Shown piece by piece: positions 1-12,640 of a stretch of DNA of 40,665 bases. A model generated the notes under the pieces. That model had not been told where the DNA came from and made no database searches. It saw only the letters and a list, made by a program, of their open reading frames with translations. A program made the position numbers and the translations under genes. The stretch covers positions 1 to 40,665 of the forward strand of contig NW_021835739.1 of the NCBI RefSeq assembly GCF_006345805.1, read 5' to 3'. This DNA is from Octopus sinensis. Lineage: Eukaryota. How positions within the stretch are numbered: the first letter of the stretch is position 1; every line of letters starts with the position of its first letter.

Positions 1-384
1 GTGGTGTGTGTGGTGTGTTAGTGTATATTTTTCAGTATGTTCGAGTTCCAATATGCATGTGTGCTTTGGTATCTGTGTGTGTGTGTATGCGGGTGGTGTG
101 TGTGTGTGTGTTTGTATATCGGCATGGCCGTCTGCAATTGCCTGTATGTGTTTCTGTGACTTTGCAGGAGTGCTCGCCGTGTTTATTTGTTGGCATACTT
201 TCGTGTGTGTGTGTATGTGTGTGTATATGTGTGTATGTGTGTGTGTGTTCGTGCGCGCGCGCGACAAAATGATACTTCTAAATGTGCGTAGATCATCGTA
301 TTTCTTTTACACACGTACATTTACTTGTAATTTAATATTAAACAGCTAGTATTCAATAATTTAAGACGAACTTTTTATGATGGG

Positions 385-431
<47 letters not shown>

Positions 432-433
<2 letters not shown>

Positions 434-800
434 CAAGAGCACTCAGAGAGAGAGCAAACCTCCGCCAAGGCAACACCAACGTCCTCTCAATGATTAACCG
501 GAGTTGATTTTTAAAATGAGAATATCTGAAATAAACTCGATTGCTCTCAGAAACGAGAATACTAAAAATTAACCCGACCACTCTAAAAAATTAAGTAAAA
601 AAAAAAAAATAGAAAAATAATCTAGAATCCTTGTCCGGTTCCTGATCGATCCCAAAATCTAATTAGTTCGTGCCTGTCACAAGGCCAAACATCCCTGAAA
701 GTTTCATCCGAATCCATTCGGCGGTTCTTGAAATATCTTGTCCAAGGACAAACAAACAAACGCAACAGAAAAACAATACCTCCGCTTTCGCTAAGGCAGA

Positions 801-804
<4 letters not shown>
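432..804 (+). mobile_element. Non-autonomous Helentron-associated (HINE/DINE-1-like) element, copy 1
   Basis: Subterminal ACCTCCGCC at 458-466; 3' hairpin TACCTCCGC(777-785)...GCAGAGGTA(796-804); core 'gaaagtttcatccgaatccattcggcggttcttg' resembles DINE-1/Lep1-type cores; flanked by (TAA)n; homologous to 34161-34514. Confidence 0.6.
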
Positions 805-849
<45 letters not shown>

Positions 850-894
850 TAATAATAATAATAATAATAAAATAATAATAATAATATAATAATG

Positions 895-940
<46 letters not shown>

Positions 941-957
941 TAATAATAATAATAATG

Positions 958-1036
<79 letters not shown>

Positions 1037-1058
1037 GGAGGAGGAGGAGGAGGAGGAG
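803..1058. repeat. Compound trinucleotide microsatellite (TAA)n-(TGA)n-(GGA)n
   Basis: Read directly from the sequence. Confidence 0.95.
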
Positions 1059-2093
1059 CTCTCCCGTCGAAGAGGACGTATAAGTGTTCAGCTTTTGCTG
1101 AACGACTTGTATAAATGATTTGCTTATAGTGATCGAATGTTCGTGCCGCACAGTAGCTCACTCTCTCCATCAAATCGACGTTGTCTGAAACAACATGAAG
1201 AACAAAGTATAAACAAGTGGAAAACGAAAAAGCAATGCATGGGCAACAGCTCGAAAAAGTCGAAGGGAAAGACAAGGCTAACGGTGGGAAATGGCTAAGA
1301 AAAAAGTGATCGGAAAGGATGCACTGAGACATTGACATGCATCGCCCAGGAACAAGCTGAGAACTAATTAAACTAATTTCTAAATAGATAAGAACAGTGA
1401 ATCGTGTCTTTGTAGGATGTGTGTCAGCAGAAAAGGAAACATTGTGAGTCAGTGTAACAAGCTGGCCCCAAAAGCACTACAAAAGGAGGCACGATAGCGT
1501 GGCTACGTTTATTCACTGAAGACTGTGGGGGAAATCACGGTCTGAGTAGAGCATGGAAATGGTACGAACATGAACCAGTAGAAGTCACCGAGAACAATGA
1601 ATACTGTGGGTTTTTACAATCCAATGCGATTGCCTAGTCGATGCTCGGAGACCAGAGATCGTTGTGGTGGATAAAGAAAAAAGGAAACCAAGATCATATA
1701 TATTGCCATACCTGGGGATTCACGCATAGATGACAAAGAGCTGCAAATGATGGAGAAATACAGACTAGTGAAAGACGAAATTGCAAAATTGTGGGCAATG
1801 ATGAGAATAACTTATGCCAGTAGTTGTAGGAGCACTCGGGGCACTAAAAATCAGGTCCTAAAAATATGTCGGAGAAATTGGAATTGAAATGAGGGCAGAG
1901 AAGGCCTCGAAAACTGCTCTGTTGAGATTAGCTAGGATTTTGAGACTGGTGCTTGTGTGTTGAGTGTCTTCCACGATAATTTAGCACCAGGTACCAAAAC
2001 TTATAATTTTCGGAAAGAGACACTGTGAGGTTGTTGTCCGCTGTCATAGAATCAAGCAGAACAAGTAAAACTGAGAACTCTGAGGAGTATCAT

Positions 2094-2094
<1 letters not shown>
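1059..2094 (+). mobile_element. Decayed R4/Dong-clade (RLE) non-LTR retrotransposon, 3' portion with 3' UTR
   Basis: Frameshifted translation gives W-KAMHGQ, AQEQA, CRMC..C (zinc knuckle), KRRHD, KWYEHEP, RRPEIVVVDKE, IAIPGDSRIDDKE, EKYRLVKDEI, PVVVGALG, ARILRLVL then TGA 1961-1963; ends in (CAA)n 2095-2136. Confidence 0.85.
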
Positions 2095-2138
<44 letters not shown>

Positions 2139-2140
2139 AA

Positions 2141-2783
2141 TTGATCAGGTTGAAGGAAATGCGCCAACTGCTGCTGCAAAGAAAATAAAATTAATTGCAA
2201 AGACAAAAGCACAGGAAAAATTAGCTAGCAGATGGGAACAGAAACCTCTGCATGGCAAGTATGTGGCCCGTAGCAAACGAGCTGATGTCGACCAGCAAAC
2301 ACGCACCAATGGTTACGAAGCTCAGGGCTAAAAGCGGAAGAATATGAAGGTTTCATATTAACTGCTCAAGACCAATACTTATTAACCCGAAACTACCAAA
2401 AATGCCGATTCTGTAATGAGATGAGATTGAAACAATAGACCACCTAATCTCAGGGTGTAGAGTCTTAGCACCTGTAGAATATAAAGCAAGACATGACAGA
2501 ATAGGCCAGTATTTACACTGGACAATATGTAGGCATTATGAAATCAAAACTGCTGACAAATGGTATAAACACCATCCTGAAGCTGTGACTGAGGGAGAAA
2601 ATATGTCGATTCTATGGGACTTCCCCGTACATACCGACAAGACTATAAAAGCTAATTAACTGGATATTATTATAAAAGATCAGGCAAAAAAGATGTGTTT
2701 ATTAATTGACATGAGTATCCCTTGCGATCACAATATAGCGGCGAAAGAATTTGACAAGATCAGTAAATATAAAGACTTGCTAA
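2141..2783 (+). mobile_element. Second, distinct R4/Dong-clade LINE fragment (CCHC + RLE domain)
   Basis: Translates to RWEQKPLHGKY..QWLRSSGLKAE..EGFILTAQDQ..CRFCNE..ETIDHLISGC..EYKARHDRIGQYLHW..KWYKHHPE..ILWDFPVHTDKTIKAN*LDIIIKD..LLIDMSIPCDHNIAAKEFDKISKYKDL; stops and frameshifts present. Confidence 0.88.
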
Positions 2784-3000
2784 GAACTGGTAATTCCATA
2801 CTTTCTTTAGTGTATCATCTTACTTCTTCTATTGAGCCATTATTATCGGCAAAGGAAAAAACATAATGGTTACTTATTCCATAGTAATTCCTTGTGTAGT
2901 TTTTGTGTGTGATGTTTTGTGAGTCGGAATGGAATGAAGTATAAAATCGGCACCAACGGGATTTGAACTAGGAACTTAGTGACGTAATTAAATGTTGATT

Positions 3001-3399
3001 TCACAATTTGACACAAGGCCAGGAATTTCGGAGGAGTGTTTAGTAGTCGATTACTTAGTCCCCAGTGTTCAACTGGTACTTATTTTATCGACCCCGAAAG
3101 GATGAAAAGCAAAGGCGATTTCGGTGCAATTTGAACTCAGAAGGTAAAGGCAGACGAAATACCTATTTCCTTACTACCCACAAGGGGCTACACACAGAGA
3201 GGACAAACAAGGACAGAAAAACGGATTAAATCGATTACATCGACCCCCAGTACGTAACTGATACTTAGTTTTATCGACCCACGAAAGGATGAAAGGTAAA
3301 GTCGACCCGGCGGAATTTGAACTCAGAACATAACAGCAGACAAAATACCGCTAAGCATTTCGCCCGGTGTGCTAACGATTCTGCCAGCTCGCCGCTTTA
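3001..3399 (-). mobile_element. tRNA-derived SINE, composite (head-body-tail fused to a second body)
   Basis: Minus-strand head 'aaagcggcgagctggcagaatcgttagcac', B-box-like 'gagttcaaattccgcc', repeated body; internal junction at 3163/3164. Confidence 0.85.
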
Positions 3400-3400
3400 A

Positions 3401-3401
3401 C

Positions 3402-3436
<35 letters not shown>

Positions 3437-3458
3437 GCTACTGCTGCTGCTACTACTA

Positions 3459-3551
<93 letters not shown>

Positions 3552-3552
3552 A
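3401..3552. repeat. (CTA)n/(CTG)n to (TAA)n microsatellite
   Basis: Read directly from the sequence. Confidence 0.95.
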
Positions 3553-3559
3553 ACTTATA

Positions 3560-3695
3560 TGATCACAAGGCGAGAAATTTGTGTCCCGACGTGGTTGGGG
3601 ATGACAGCCTCCCTGGTATTTGAAAGAAACGTTATATCCAAGAATCTGAAAGGATGGTGAAAAATTGTAAACGGTGGAATTTGAACTCAGAATCT
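3560..3695 (-). mobile_element. Highly degenerate copy of the same SINE family
   Basis: Retains 'cacaaggc.agaaattt', 'gaaaggatg' and 'ggtggaatttgaactcagaa' in the expected order. Confidence 0.5.
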
Positions 3696-4151
3696 AATGG
3701 ATTAATTTTGTTGATGCCACTCGGCATTTGAAATAAAAGAAATATAATTTGTAATTATGAAGTCTCGCTGTATTTTTCTCGATGTTTACTGTCGATTATA
3801 ATCTCCGGGTACTTTTAAAATTGAAATTAGTAGAGAAATTAGATTTGAAATTAATTAAAGATGAACAAATAAAAAGAACAACATAAACAACAACAACAAA
3901 AACAACAACAGCAGCAACAACAACAACAACCTTTAACTAAATATTGTGATATGAGAAAATATGAGAAAGAGTCAAATTCACATGAAGAAACATAAAATTT
4001 GTGTTATCTGGTCGGGACATTTTATATTAAACGGAGATAAATGACGACGCAAATTTAATAGAAATAAAACACACACACACACATACACGCTCTCTGTTTG
4101 TCTGTCTGTGTGTCTCTGTCTTTCTTTTTCATATACACACGCAATCATCAT

Positions 4152-4214
<63 letters not shown>

Positions 4215-4471
4215 TTCGCATATGCACAAGCGCATACACATGCTGTAAATAGAGCGAACTTCCGGGGAAAAAAGACATTTAAATGCTCACACATAACCCC
4301 ACCCCATACGTGTACCCGCGTGCATACTAATACACAACCTAACCACAAATATACAAATGAAGAAACAATGGTAATGATGACACTAAAATGATTTCATCTT
4401 AATTATGCTGCTGCTGCTGCTGCTGCTGATGTCGTTGATGATGGTTATGATAATAATAAAAAATAATAATG

Positions 4472-4518
<47 letters not shown>

Positions 4519-4874
4519 GTTTTACAGTGAAAATAAAAACAAACAATAGGAATTCTATAAATGAAGATTAAATATTTAAGTAATTGCTTAAGTAACTGCG
4601 TATTTTATTAAAAAGTATGAGTAATTGCACACGCACACAAACACACACACGCACACACACACGCACATACACACACACACACGCACATACACACACACAC
4701 ACCTATATGTACATATACGCCTCCAGGAATTCACAGTCATACACAATACACACACACACACATATATATATATATATGTATATATGTATATATATATGTA
4801 TATATAATATGTATATATATATATAATATATTATATATATATATATATATGTATATACATGTATATATATATTG

Positions 4875-4907
<33 letters not shown>

Positions 4908-5705
4908 TATATGTATATACATGTATATAATTATGTACTTATATAGACATGTACATACTCTTATCCATGCATTCATATGTATATACATACACATTCAATT
5001 ATGTGATATATGAATACCCCCATATATATATATATATATATATAATATATATTATATATATTATATATATATGTATGTATATATATATATATATGTGTGT
5101 ATATATATATAGTGTGTGTATATATACATGTGTACCGCGTATATATGTATGTATGAGCACATGAATATACATATTGGGAAACATCTGTATTGGCTTTGTT
5201 TTAATAACAGTTCTGTATTTCTATATTGAAAATATTGAATAGCAATTAATATTGATGAAGCAATGTTTTAATTATCAAACGTCTCTCGATATTTATGGAA
5301 ATAAGACAATCCTGTATCAACAGACGGCGCTGCTGCGTGATCGGTTGAGGTGGGCGGCAGAAACAACTGGCATAGCGGTCACAAATATGATGCTAACTGG
5401 TAGACTGCTGCTATTATTGGTATTGCTAGTAGCAACAACAACGACAACAGCAGCAACAAGAAAAACTACAGCAACAATAACGATGGTAATAATATTTTCA
5501 TTTTATTTACCGAAAGGCTCCATTTATTCATAAGAATAGTTTTATAAAGGGGCAGGAGAAATGGCGCATATGGAGGGTGAAACAAAAATAAGGTAGAGCA
5601 AAAACAGTATACATACATACATACATACATACCACATACATACATACATACATACATACATACATACATACATACATACATACATACATACATACATACA
5701 TACAT

Positions 5706-6000
5706 GACATAATCCAATTCAAATTCATACCAATTATAATTGGAGCACTAGGTTTTGTTAGTAAATGCTTAAAGGAGAATCTGGCTAAACTGGGATTTTC
5801 AGAAAGAGAAATCGACCGACTGATCCGTATATTACAAGTGCAATCTGTGGGTGGAACAGCAAAAAGATGCAAGACTTTTCTCAAGTTCCAAATGTTGATT
5901 TGTCTGTGTTAACTACATTCCAAAGATGGAGCTTGTATCTTTGTTGGAAACCGACTCTCTCCACGGTGGAAGATTTATAATAATTAAAAAATAGAAGAGA
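5706..6000 (+). mobile_element. 5'-truncated R4/Dong-clade LINE 3' end inside a (CATA)n array
   Basis: Translates FIPIIIGALGFVSKCLKENLAKLGFSEREIDRLIRILQVQSVGGTAKRCKTFLKFQM (RLE C-terminus); (CATA)n on both sides (5607-5705 and 6001-6082). Confidence 0.75.
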
Positions 6001-6095
6001 CATACATACATACATACATACATACATACATACATACATACATACATACATACATACATACATACATACATACATACATACATGCATGCATAAAT

Positions 6096-6129
<34 letters not shown>

Positions 6130-6846
6130 GGTAGTTGTCACATAATTTGGGTGTGAGTGTCCCATGCCTCCGACCTCCGTTTATAACTGGTACTGCAATC
6201 TGGTACATCCCGAAGTGTATCATGTGAGTGAAACAACGTAAGAACCCTTGTCCATCTCCTGGAAATGCACAATGGTAGATCACTGTTGTGGTTTCTACCA
6301 ATAGTCTACCTACGATTCTATATTCACAACCGCCATAGATAAAATTGCATAAATAGCAGTAACACACCGATTGAGGATCCACCAAAAACTTACAACTTAT
6401 CACAAAAAAAACCCCGCATATATAGGTGTACAGAGTAACCAAGGGACCTGGCGGCCCCTCACACGTATACGAATTTACAGCGATTATCAAGGCTCTTTAA
6501 ATTGTTAAATTGTTTTTCCGGTGCATTGAAAGGGACAGCAACTTGAAACCAATGAAAGAATTTTCACAGACCTCAGTTTACCCTGATTGCCATGCACAGA
6601 TCCCTTCCCCTAGTTGTTGCTTTCGACTTATAGCCTTATGGGTGGGACTCCGTTCAGCAGTCTTGGTCTCATCAGGTACATCCATACATAAAATTGTGTT
6701 TTGCTAAACATCCTGGGTTCAGACTGTCATGTTATATTGCTACAATTTTCAGTCACTAGTATCTTTCCATACTAAAGATTGCAAACATATATAAACATTT
6801 GTAAATATCAACAAATGACTGTGCTTTGCTGTGCCTTTATTTTGTT

Positions 6847-6900
<54 letters not shown>

Positions 6901-6902
<2 letters not shown>

Positions 6903-7120
6903 CAAAAAAATGGGACAAGAACGCAAAACATCCAGACAGTTAGACGATACAAAAGGTGGACAAGAAAAAAATAAAGATGGGTCATTCGGAGTTTTCTTTC
7001 CTCAGTCGAGTTCCAGATTATCTTTGCAATTTCGGATGGTTATACAATTTCGGATGGAACCCGACTGAGGAAAGAAAACTCCGAATGACCCGTCCTGTAT
7101 TTTCTTGTCCCTTTTTTGTA
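6901..7120. mobile_element. Foldback element built from a probable Penelope-like terminal repeat
   Basis: 37-bp inverted repeat 6979-7015 / 7055-7091 (1 mismatch), outer IR 6901-6921 / 7102-7120, direct repeat CAATTTCGGATGG at 7027-7039 and 7045-7057; left arm homologous to 40142-40305; sits in (TA)n. Penelope assignment is inference (no coding part). Confidence 0.6.
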
Positions 7121-7171
7121 TTCCTTTTTATATACATATGGCGGCATAGTACACTTTCGCCTCTTATATAT

Positions 7172-7219
<48 letters not shown>

Positions 7220-9337
7220 TATATATAATCAAGTATGTAAGGTAACCCCAAAATATAGGTAATAATTGATCCAACCTTGTTTAATTAAGAGAAAATTGCC
7301 TTTCACTTCAGAAGCCACGTCAGCAGCAATAACACTGCGAAGGGGAAAATTACAAAAGTTTGGAACAACAGGCGAAGCGTTCGATACCATCAGCGAACGA
7401 AATACACTTAGATCCATTTCGTAATCATATACAAAAGGACCGAATTGTCTTTAATGAAACTTTTATGAAACTCAAGAGAGGAAAATATCCTTATAAATAG
7501 TATTCAATGTTATGCCTAATTCAAATGCTCCATCTGCACTGCACAACCATGCAAACACGCGGAACGGATGTTCTTGCTATGACATCGCCATCAGTGGAGT
7601 ATATTCAATTTTAGTAACAAGGAAGAATCTAAAGAGAATGAATATCTAATTAATACAAAACAGTACTAAAGATGATAGGGAAAGCACAGCAATATAGATC
7701 GCATTAATTTAGACCAATCACACTAAGAAAATGTCATCAACGGATAAGCAAAGAAAATTATTAACAAATTAGAGATCTGTACATAATAATGATGATGTGC
7801 TGTCCTTTCTTTAGGAGAAATCTATCCTTTGTAATTCCTTTCTTCCAGCTTTCTCCACGAAATGTCTCGGAGCCCTTAAACAGAGTGATAGCTTTTGTCT
7901 GTCATCTTCCTCTAATTCACAAAAATAAACATCAATTGAAAACATCATTTCTTGCGCAACAGAATTCAAGAGAAATAATAATTAATATTGTAGAATTCAT
8001 TAGAAATTATAAATGATATTCTAAGATTCCCTGGAAACCTGAAGAATTTGGTTTGAAAACCCATTGTTATGTCTTAAAGTGATAACTTGTGTGCCCTGTT
8101 ATGTTGGTTCAATCTGCTCGTTGTTGACCATCTTTCCGTTCTATGTCAATATCGAACTATCAAAATATTTGTTCTCATTTGACACATCTCGTCTGTTTGG
8201 TTCCGGATACACAGATATCCCAGAAACAAATCAAACTAAGAAATTCAATTTTAAAAATCAATGATGTCTAAGAACAAACATTTATAAAAGAATAAAACTT
8301 TCTATTTTTACATTTATTTTTTTCAAAATTTTGTCTTTTCTGGTATTCTTTGATAATAATTAGTAATCATGTGTGCCATCAGTGGATGTCAAACATGGCA
8401 TTTACTGGACAGTCTTAGAATTATACGAAAAAGAAAACGGTTACACGAATTTGGAAAAGCAGTTGACACCCACCTCTCACACACGCACACAATTCTGTGT
8501 TACAGTCCAAACTTGAATTTCTGATATTTATGCGTATTTCTAACCTTACCCGAGGAAGACAGACATAGTGTCAAAATATTGTTCAATTCAGTTAAGAGGT
8601 CAATCTCTGCTTATTACAAATCGTGTCTCGCTCTTGTTGTGAATTTACTTTTGTGAAGTGTGGTGGAGATCACAGAATACCAAATCACCAATTACTTATT
8701 TACTTAATTAGCTTTCCTATGATGGCAGAACCGGCAGAGTGCCGGGTAAAAATTCCCCGAGATATTTACTTATATCACATAACGATCAGATTTCAAGTGC
8801 TATTGAATGTGACGGTTCGATATATGAAGTATTGATTAGTGACTGACCAACAAATGACGATTTCATTGAGTGTAACTTTTCTTAAAACCTATGAGGTCTT
8901 GGGGCCCATATTAGAAATCCTTATTTATAATCCCTTCGGCAAGAAATCATCTGAGATAATAGTTTTAATTAACACCTGATTCTAATTCACTTTTTCGATT
9001 TCTTTTCCCTTGCAGAAACCGTTAGAATTCCGCGGTTGTCTCGAATTCTATATAAGTATAGGAAGTTTGTAGTGAACTATGAAAAAGACCAAATCTTTTG
9101 AAATTGAATTCTTACCTGAAGGCATTTTATTCTTGAGATGTTTTAAAGTCACACCATTCGTTCTGAAGGTGTAGTGTTCGGTGACGATACTTTTGAAAAC
9201 GACATTCTTTATTTTACACCTGTTATCTTTTCCTTTACTTTGCTATTTCTTAATGTCGCCACACCAGGAAGTAAACAATCTTAATGATGGGGCGAAATTG
9301 AGGATAATGTATGTATGGCATTATTTTTGTTTGAAAT

Positions 9338-9525
9338 GGTAAGGCAGCGAGCTGGCAGAATCGTTAGCAACACTGGACGAAATGCATAGCAGTATTTTAC
9401 CCGTCGTTATGTTCTGAGTTCGAACTCCGCCGAAATCGTCCTTGCCTTTTATCCTTTCGGCGATCGATGAGCTCGTGTTATCCCCGCCCCCTGAACCTGC
9501 TGGCCTTGTGTCAAAATTTGAAACC
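9338..9525 (+). mobile_element. tRNA-derived SINE (same family as 3001-3399)
   Basis: Head 'ggtaaggcagcgagctggcagaatcgttagc', B-box 'gagttcgaactccgcc', tail 'ggccttgtgtcaaaatttgaaacc'. Confidence 0.85.
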
Positions 9526-9555
9526 ATTATTTTGAAATGTTAAGACAACGCTTTG

Positions 9556-10093
9556 GATAGGGACTTAGGCTCAATTCAGACGGCTATGTGAAGCTGCAGG
9601 AGGCTGTGGTGAATCATTTACTGGAGAGGGTTGCTGCTCGAAGACCATATGTATGGCAGCAGGATTCGGCTCCTTGCCATACCTCCGGAAAGAGTCGGAA
9701 GTGGTTGTCGGAGAATTTCTACGACTTGACTAGACCAATTACTGGTCTTCTAACTCCCGCGATTATAATCTCATGGATTACTATGTTGGGGGGGGGGGCA
9801 AGGCTGAGGAAACACCAACCGTTTTACCTGCAACACCAAGGCCAAGATCAAGGAGGTGTTTGAAGATTTTCATAGGAAGATATTGAGGAAAGGAACGCAT
9901 ACATCAGGTTCCGGAGCCGTCTTGAGACCGTGGTGGTGGCTGACAATAGCTACTTTGAGTAAACCATTATCTCCCAGCCATATTCTAGTAGAATTTTAAA
10001 ATTGAAAAAATAATAGATATTTCTATTTTTAGGTAAAATATTGTATTTTCTTTTCCTTTTAGGCAATTTGTCAAATTTTACCCGAACACCCTG
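9556..10093 (+). mobile_element. Tc1/mariner DD37D (maT-like) transposon 3' relic with right TIR
   Basis: GLRLNSDGYVKL..RVAARRPYVWQQDSAPCHTS..WLSENF..NSRDYNLMDYYV; 37 residues between 2nd and 3rd catalytic D after repairing one frameshift; ends ...CACCCTG(10093) followed by TA. Confidence 0.85.
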
Positions 10094-10656
10094 TAAATAC
10101 TCGCGGGTTTGTGAGTTCTGTTAACGTCTGAGTCATCTGAGTTTTCTTCCCACTCGGAGTCTACTTATTAATTACCAGCAATATACTGAGGGTAATTCAA
10201 CTTTCAAAGACTTCGATGATGAGTCAAAAGGATATCTTAATACGTTGCTTCGATAATATCTCTATATTTCCTGAAAGTCATCTTTTCCTATAAACCGATT
10301 CGATATTCTTTTAGTACTTTTTTTGGAGATGTTTGGACAGAACGGTGGATCAACATGTCAAGAACTTCCTTCCAAGACAAACTAAATCATAACAGCCCAA
10401 AAAATAAAGGAAATTCCTCTGATCGATACAAGACTTATTATTATAATTATTTCCGAGCCCAGGATTAACCAGCCGTAAAACTCACTCATCTACTTTGCTT
10501 ATTTATGTTTAAACAAATACAATGGAAATAAAAAAAAAACAATCGGAAAGAAAATTAAAGAAACGGAGAATATTGCATGAAGGACTGAGTCGGTCGTAGG
10601 AAAAAATGAAAGATGGAGAGAAGATGAAGAAAGAATAGAATAGATGGCTGACGGAT

Positions 10657-10719
<63 letters not shown>

Positions 10720-11037
10720 TAAACATACATACATTCATACTTACATACGTAGGTACATACATATATATATTGTTTGTATATGTATACATATGTGTATGTT
10801 TTTTTATGTATGTATATATATATATATCCTTATACATACATGTATATATAAAAGGAAAGAGAGAGAGAGTAAGGATGGGAAGGAAGAAAGGCGAGATGGG
10901 GAGACAGACGACAACGAGATAAGGAGATAGATGAATATATTTCCTGATAGACGGATAGATTGGTTAATACCTACATACCTAATAACATGCACACAAACAT
11001 ACATGGATATCGATACACACACACACACACACACACA

Positions 11038-11070
<33 letters not shown>

Positions 11071-11313
11071 CACATATATGTGTAGGTAGATAATTATCTG
11101 GAAGGGTAGATGCGGTGATAGATAGCAATGTTCGAGATAGATCGATAGATGGAAGAATTAACGGACAGGAATCATATAGAAAGATTTCATGGAGAATTAG
11201 TTATTCGCCTGGAAATATACTTTTGGTGGTGTGTATGGTGTATATATATATATATATAATATATTATATATATATTATACACATATATATATACATTATG
11301 CATATATACATAT

Positions 11314-11417
<104 letters not shown>

Positions 11418-11672
11418 CACACACATATACACTTCTCTCTCTCCTCCTCTTTTTGTATATACACACGCAGTTGTTATTTATCTGTCAGCCATATTTTGTT
11501 GAGAAACCAACATTCATTTGTGATGAGAGGCTGTAAAGAAATCAAGAGGAAAGCGAAAGAAAACAAAATCGAGAAACTGAAAAGCCAATATTTAGGAAAT
11601 TGCTGACGAACGGAATGATTTCGTGTCGTTCAATACAGGGATAACAAATATTATATAGGGGTGTACACATGC

Positions 11673-11735
<63 letters not shown>

Positions 11736-11739
11736 ACAC

Positions 11740-11780
<41 letters not shown>

Positions 11781-11784
<4 letters not shown>

Positions 11785-11940
11785 CAGGCATAGTTTGGGG
11801 CAACAATTTGGCTTCTCAATCAAATGATTCCGTGTTCAGTTCCCTTGCGCGGCACTTTTGGCAAGTGTATTCTATTATAGCCTTGGGGTCACCAAACACT
11901 TGTGAGTGGTTTTGCTCGACGGACTGAAAGAAGCCCGTCG
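11781..11940 (+). mobile_element. tRNA-headed CORE-like SINE (family also at 39955-40115)
   Basis: 'ggcgcaggc..ttcagttccc..gcggcacttttggcaagtg..tatagcc..gtgagtgg..gacgg.ctgaaagaagcccgtcg' then (TA)n; central motif resembles the MIR CORE 'accttgggcaagt'. Confidence 0.7.
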
Positions 11941-11981
11941 TATATATATATATATACATATACATACACACATACACACAG

Positions 11982-12024
<43 letters not shown>

Positions 12025-12082
12025 ATATATATATATATGTTATATATATACATACATGTATATATATATACATACATACATG

Positions 12083-12121
<39 letters not shown>

Positions 12122-12229
12122 CATGTATGTTATATACATATATACATGTATATATATATATATATATCAAAAACAAGATGTATAAAAATATAATGGTCTC
12201 CTTCTCGCACCTCAGTACTTGATCGAACT

Positions 12230-12640
12230 GCGACAGGGTTTGCCAAATCAAGATGCTTACATCAAACTGGTGCGATTGTGAGCTACAATTCTTACTTGAC
12301 TTTTAAAACAACGAAATCAAGTCTAATCGAAATATCTGTAGACTCTCAATAATGATTGAAATTTAAAATGGAAAGGAGCAACATGGATGGAATATTCAGA
12401 ATCTGTAAGGTCCAAGAGAAATGTGCGGAACACTGGAAACGATGGTCTATGAATAGTTTTGGTTTTCATTGAGTTAACGAAGACATTAGGCGCTGTAAAC
12501 GTATGACAAGTACCCAGATGGTTTGGCTGCCTGGGAAAGTTCATTGGTATCCCAGAGTTACCAGTTCGCGAATAAATAGTAATAAAGTAACAGCCTGTTA
12601 GTACAATGAAATGGAGGACGAACTCCGAGTGCATTAATAG
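12230..12640 (+). mobile_element. Degenerate RTE-clade reverse transcriptase fragment
   Basis: Piecewise translation FKMERSNMDGIFRICKVQEKCAEH..VFIELTKTLGAVN..FGCLGKFIGI matches the RTE pattern GFR.GRST.D.IF..RQ.QEKC.E..F.DL.KAFD.V.R..FG.P.KFI; boundaries approximate. Confidence 0.6.

Noticed and set aside
5984-6490. 168-aa minus-strand ORF
   Set aside because: The last third is microsatellite and the rest matches nothing I recognise; a decayed repeat cannot be excluded.
7055-7095. CTGAGGA..GAAT (also 40255-40283 minus) as hammerheads
   Set aside because: GAAU replaces GAAA, stem II lacks the G10.1-C11.1 pair, and no NUH triplet fits.
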